From NCBI RefSeq assembly GCF_006345805.1, contig NW_021826804.1, forward strand, positions 1 through 12,014: 12,014 bases of DNA, given 5' to 3'. Below the pieces are notes generated by a model. That model was not told where the DNA came from. It saw nothing but the letters and a program-made list of their open reading frames with translations, and did no database searches. The DNA comes from Octopus sinensis (taxonomy: Eukaryota). The translations under genes and the position numbers were made by a program. Below, in pieces: positions 8,341 through 12,014 of this stretch. Each line of letters starts with the position of its first letter. The stretch's first letter is position 1.

Positions 8341-8726
8341 TTTATTCTTTTACTCTTTTACTTCTTTCAGTCATTTAACTGTGGCCATGCTGGAGCACCG
8401 CCTTCAGTCGAGCAAATCGACCCCAGGATTTATTCTTTGTAAGCCTAGTACTTATTATACGGGGACGTAAACACACCAGCATCGGTCGTCAAGCCATGTT
8501 GCGGGGACAAACACACATACATATATATATATATATACACACACATATACACACATATATATATACACATATATACGACGGGCTTCTTTCCGTCTACCAA
8601 GGCATTCACAAGGCTTTGGTCGGCCCGAGGCTATAGTAGAAGACACTTGCCCAAGGTGCCACGCAGTGGAACTGAACCCGGAACCATGTGGCTAGTAAGC
8701 AAGCTACTTACCACACAACCACTCCT
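8341..8726 (-). mobile_element. Near full-length tRNA-derived SINE (octopus OR-like / CORE-like)
   Basis: Minus-strand A box TGGTTGTGTGG (8711-8721), B box GGTTCAGTTCC (8668-8678), CORE-like CCTTGGGCAAGTGTCTTCT, internal microsatellite and A-rich tail. Confidence 0.88.
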
Positions 8727-8746
8727 ACACTTATATATTTATATAT

Positions 8747-8810
8747 AACTGTTTCATTCAAGAGAAATCTTCAGGAAGCTTCCTGAAGATTTCTCTTGAA
8801 TGAAACAGTT
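8747..8810. repeat. Perfect 64-bp spacer-less palindrome
   Basis: AACTGTTTCATTCAAGAGAAATCTTCAGGAAG | CTTCCTGAAGATTTCTCTTGAATGAAACAGTT; the 32-bp arms are exact reverse complements, centred on AAGCTT. Confidence 0.98.
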
Positions 8811-8827
8811 CTAGTCCTGTAGAAGCT
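8777..8827 (+). ncRNA. Type I hammerhead ribozyme
   Basis: AGCUUC CUGAAGA UUUC UCUU GAAU GAAA CAG UUCUAGUC CUG U A / GAAGCU: helix I 6 bp perfect, core CUGANGA and GAAA, helix III ACAG/CUGU, GUA triplet with predicted cut after 8821. Helix II is 3 bp with a non-canonical U-U at its base. Confidence 0.78.
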
Positions 8828-8910
8828 CCTTCTATATAATAAATTAATTTTACTCTGCTATGTATTGAGTACCTTATTTACTGTGGTTAACCCCGAATCA
8901 ACCCGGGACC

Positions 8911-8948
<38 letters not shown>

Positions 8949-8960
8949 ATATTATATTAT

Positions 8961-9342
8961 TCCTTTATTCTTTTATTTGTTTCAGTCATTTGAATGTGGC
9001 CACGCTGGAGCACCGCCTTTAGTCGAAAGAAACGATCCCAGGACTTATTCTTTGTAAGCCTTGTACTTGGTCCTCTATTCTATGGTGATCTATTGTCGAA
9101 CCGCTAATTTGACAGGGACGTAAACACACCAGCATCGGTTGTCAAGTGATGAATGAGGAAGGGACAAACTCAGGTACACAAGCACAAACACACGCATACG
9201 TACACTCTCACACACACATGAAATATATATATGACAGGCTTCTTTCAGTTTCCTTCTGCCAAATCCACTCATAAGGCTTTGGTCGGCTCGAGGCTATACT
9301 AGAATACACTTGCCCAAGGTGCCATGCAGTGGGACTGAACCC
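8961..9342 (-). mobile_element. Second copy of the 8341-8726 SINE family, lacking the A box
   Basis: Colinear with 8341-8678 (GCTGGAGCACCGCCTT, GGGACGTAAACACACCAGCATCGG, CACTTGCCCAAGGTGCC). It stops at the B box and retains an internal segment missing from the first copy. Confidence 0.88.
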
Positions 9343-9344
9343 AG

Positions 9345-9600
9345 ATCTTCATTTCAACCCTCCTCCTGCTCCACCTCCTCCTCCTCTTCTTGCTTCTCCT
9401 TCTCTTATTCTTGCTCCCCCTCCCCTTCCTCCTCTCCTCCAACTCTTTACTATCCTCCTCTTCCTCCTCATTCTTTCTCGCCTCTCCTCCTCTTCCCATC
9501 TTCCCCTTCTCATTCTCTTCCTCTTCCTCGTACTTCTCATTCCCCTCTTCCTCTTCAGATCCCTCAACGAAACGCTGAACCAATCCTTTCTTCCCAGGTA
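9345..9600. repeat. Pyrimidine-rich low-complexity tract (TCC/TCT)
   Basis: Direct inspection; source of the S/P/L- and E/R/G-rich ORFs. Confidence 0.85.
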
Positions 9601-9729
9601 TGCTTTCAACTATAATCCCACCTTAAACTGAATTAAAACTTCAAATATTGATTGGATCATTGTTTCTTTATTCGATTGTATTTCTGACGGCCAGAATAAG
9701 GGAGTGTCTGCAATTCGACACAAAACAAA

Positions 9730-9773
9730 TAACATATTGTTCGACGCACTAACGATTCCGCCAGCTCGCTGCC
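9730..9773 (-). mobile_element. Isolated SINE head fragment (family of 4995-5197)
   Basis: Minus strand GGCAGCGAGCTGGCGGAATCGTTAGTGCGTCGAACAA matches the family 5' end. Confidence 0.65.
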
Positions 9774-9785
9774 ATATTAATAATA

Positions 9786-10257
9786 GTACCATCATCATTA
9801 ATAATAACACCATCATCATCATCACCACTACCACCACAACCAGCACCACCACCACCATTACCTTCACCATCACCATCACCATCACGACGACGACGACGAG
9901 CACCACCACCACCACCAACAACAACACAACTACCACAACAACAACACTACAGCCACCACCACCACAACCATCATCACCATTACCACTACCACCACTACCA
10001 CCAAAACAACCTCCACGCTCATTAGCACCAACTATCCACTCACACCCACTATCACCCCTCTGATTCTCACCCAAACCATCACAGCCACCGTCATTACCAC
10101 AACCACGACGACGACCGCCACCATGACTACTATTAGTTCCAGCATTAGCAACATCATCACCACTTTCATCATCATCGCCATCATCTCTTCATCACAATCT
10201 TCACTATCCAGCTGTCTATAATTTCTGCTCCTCTTCTCTTTGCCTTATTCCTCCTGA

Positions 10258-10290
<33 letters not shown>

Positions 10291-10442
10291 TCATCGTCAT
10301 CATCATCATCATCGTCGTCATCGTCGTCATCGTCATCATCATCATCATCCTTCTTCCCCTGCCTCATTCTCCTCCTTACTGTTTCTCCGTCCCCATCACC
10401 ACCACCATCGACACCATCGCCAGTGTGATGACGACGACGTTC
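9786..10442. repeat. Compound trinucleotide repeat field (ATC, ACC, ACG, ACA, TCG)
   Basis: Direct inspection; pure (TCG)n at about 10258-10289. Confidence 0.92.
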
Positions 10443-10584
10443 GCCAATCTACGTGTGCATATCTGAGTATCTAAGGCAGAACAACTGCTAACAGTCTTCT
10501 CTGCCAACAAAAACAACTGAAACACGAGCGAGAGTCTTGTAGTTAATGTTCCTGATAATAGGTGCAATCTGTATACAACGCCGC

Positions 10585-10587
<3 letters not shown>

Positions 10588-10639
<52 letters not shown>

Positions 10640-10664
10640 ATATATATCTATATATATATATATA
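10588..10664. repeat. (AT)n microsatellite
   Basis: Direct inspection. Confidence 0.95.
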
Positions 10665-10880
10665 CCTCTAAGAAAGTTAGAGTTTGTGAATCCAACCCCT
10701 AAGGGATAATATCAATCCAATATACTGCTGGTAGAATACCCAATTATTAATACACAAGTGTTTTTTATTGCATTGCAATTACATTACCTAGTGTACTAAA
10801 TGGGTGAAGGTAAAGAGATATTTTACCATTAATTTATATAGCAATAAGAAAATGGAAGAGATCAATAGATTGCTCATCAA

Positions 10881-11437
10881 CTACCGCTCTATGTCACGCT
10901 GGCGAGACCCATATTGGAGTACGGGATTCAAGCCTCTTCTCCTTATCTCCTCAAAGACATACAGCATCTCGAAAGAGTCCAGAAGCTGGCTACCCGCATA
11001 GTTCTTGGTCTCAAGAATTTGTCTTATGAGGAAAGGCTGAAGACGCTCGACCTTTATTCTCTAGAAAAACGACGACGCCGTGGAGATCTCATTCTTGCTC
11101 ACAAGATCATAAGCGGAAAGTGTAACCTCTCGAAAGAGCTGTTCTTCACTCCTGCTCCAGAGCGTCGGCTGCGGGGTCATTCCGAAAAGCTCTATCTGCG
11201 ACGATTTCATCTCAATCGAAGGAGAGGGGCTTTCTCCGTCCGGGTTGCAGATCCGTGAAATAAGCTGCCAGACGAGATGGTGAAGATGCCGATGACCGCT
11301 CAGTTCAAAGTCTCCTTTGACCTCAAATGGCCTGAACTCTTTACATGAACACCACCCTGTACATAACTCCATGTCCCTCTACATGGCCTTGCTTTTTGCT
11401 TTTTGAGCCAAAAAATTAACTAACTAACTAACTAACT
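10881..11437 (+). mobile_element. 5'-truncated CR1-type LINE 3' end
   Basis: LPLYVTLARPILEYGIQASSPYLLKDIQHLERVQKLATRIVLGLKNLSYEERLKTLDLYSLEKRRRRGDLI...AFSVRVADP*NKLP is a canonical CR1/L2-group ORF2 C-terminus. One premature stop (TGA 11256-11258), terminal TGA at 11346-11348, 3' stem-loop CCATGT/ACATGG (11369-11386) and a (TAAC)n tail. Confidence 0.93.
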
Positions 11438-11569
11438 TTTAGACATTATATTATGTTAACTTATTTATTTATTTACTAATCTGATAATTACAATAATATA
11501 CATACATACATATAACATATTATTCTTTACATATAAGATATAAGATATAAAATATAGTAAAATATAAGG

Positions 11570-11760
11570 ATACCAGTAATTATTATAAAAAACATGAATA
11601 TAAATTGGGAAAATAACTTACAGCTGTTTCAGCCAATAGATAAAAATACCTCATTCTACCTTTATTACTCAAGTGGATTGAAGTAATAGATAGATGAAAA
11701 TGAGGTACTTGCATATATCTCTAGGCTTCGTCAGAGATTATAAAGTACATAATGTTAAGT
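11570..11760 (-). mobile_element. Penelope-like terminal fragment
   Basis: Carries a hammerhead with palindromic helix III (GAAACAGCTGTA), typical of PLE pLTRs. Boundaries in the AT-rich flank are approximate. Confidence 0.55.
11613..11741 (-). ncRNA. Type I hammerhead ribozyme with 89-nt hairpin extension of helix II
   Basis: Minus strand AUAAUCU CUGACGA AGCC [89 nt] GGCU GAAA CAGCUG U A / AGUUAU: intact core, helix II base AGCC/GGCU, palindromic helix III ACAGCUGU, GUA triplet, helix I 6 bp with one bulge. Confidence 0.75.
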
Positions 11761-12014
11761 TATAAATAAATATAAATATAAATATAAAATAAATAAAATA
11801 CACACACATATGAATATTTATATATATAGATATAATTATACATATATAGATATACATAAATACTTATATATATACTGAAATATAAATACATATCTACATC
11901 TAAAAGCATATATAATTTTCAGTTATTACTAATATTATTAATATTAGATGCATTCTGTTATTCACGATAGATATAATATAGTATACAGAATATATAATAT
12001 AATATAATATAATA
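11761..12014. repeat. AT-rich low-complexity sequence
   Basis: Almost entirely A/T with degenerate (TA)n. Confidence 0.75.

Larger units (their letters stand above)
8747..8913 (+). mobile_element. Penelope-like pLTR fragment with 5' inverted duplication
   Basis: Contains a complete hammerhead fold (8777-8827) and an inverted copy of its 5' part, and ends at an (AT)n tract. Inverted truncated pLTRs and hammerheads are both established PLE traits. Confidence 0.65.

Noticed and set aside
9299-10074. Poly-S/P/E/T/V ORFs resembling mucin or extensin
   Set aside because: Overlapping ORFs on both strands from trinucleotide and low-complexity repeats; no splice or homology support.
10665-10880. Possible fourth PLE terminus next to (AT)n
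   Set aside because: Architecture is reminiscent, but only TTGATGAG on the minus strand is present with no following GAAA, so it is unsupported.

Overview
Repeat-saturated eukaryotic (animal) genomic DNA, intronic or intergenic, with no complete protein-coding gene. The SINE families and the (TATG)n/(CA)n/(TA)n load resemble Octopus/coleoid cephalopod repeats; this is recalled similarity, not a database result. In order along the window: a ~870-bp polypurine minisatellite; a Penelope-like (PLE) terminal fragment; the 3' end of an RTE LINE interrupted by a tRNA-derived SINE (12-bp TSD); a decayed R4/Dong-like LINE carrying a nested 430-bp MITE (8-bp TSD) and a nested SINE whose first 17 bp are tandemly amplified; clusters of further SINEs; trinucleotide tracts; and a fairly young CR1-type LINE 3' end. 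The main signal is three separate hammerhead-ribozyme folds in three unrelated PLE-like fragments. (1) A minimal variant-core fold at 1864-1898 (-). (2) A complete type I fold at 8777-8827 (+) whose catalytic half is one arm of a perfect 64-bp palindrome. (3) A fold at 11613-11741 (-) whose helix II is extended by an 89-nt hairpin. Two weak minus-strand exon candidates may belong to a host gene. Almost all ORFs in the supplied track are translations of simple repeats.
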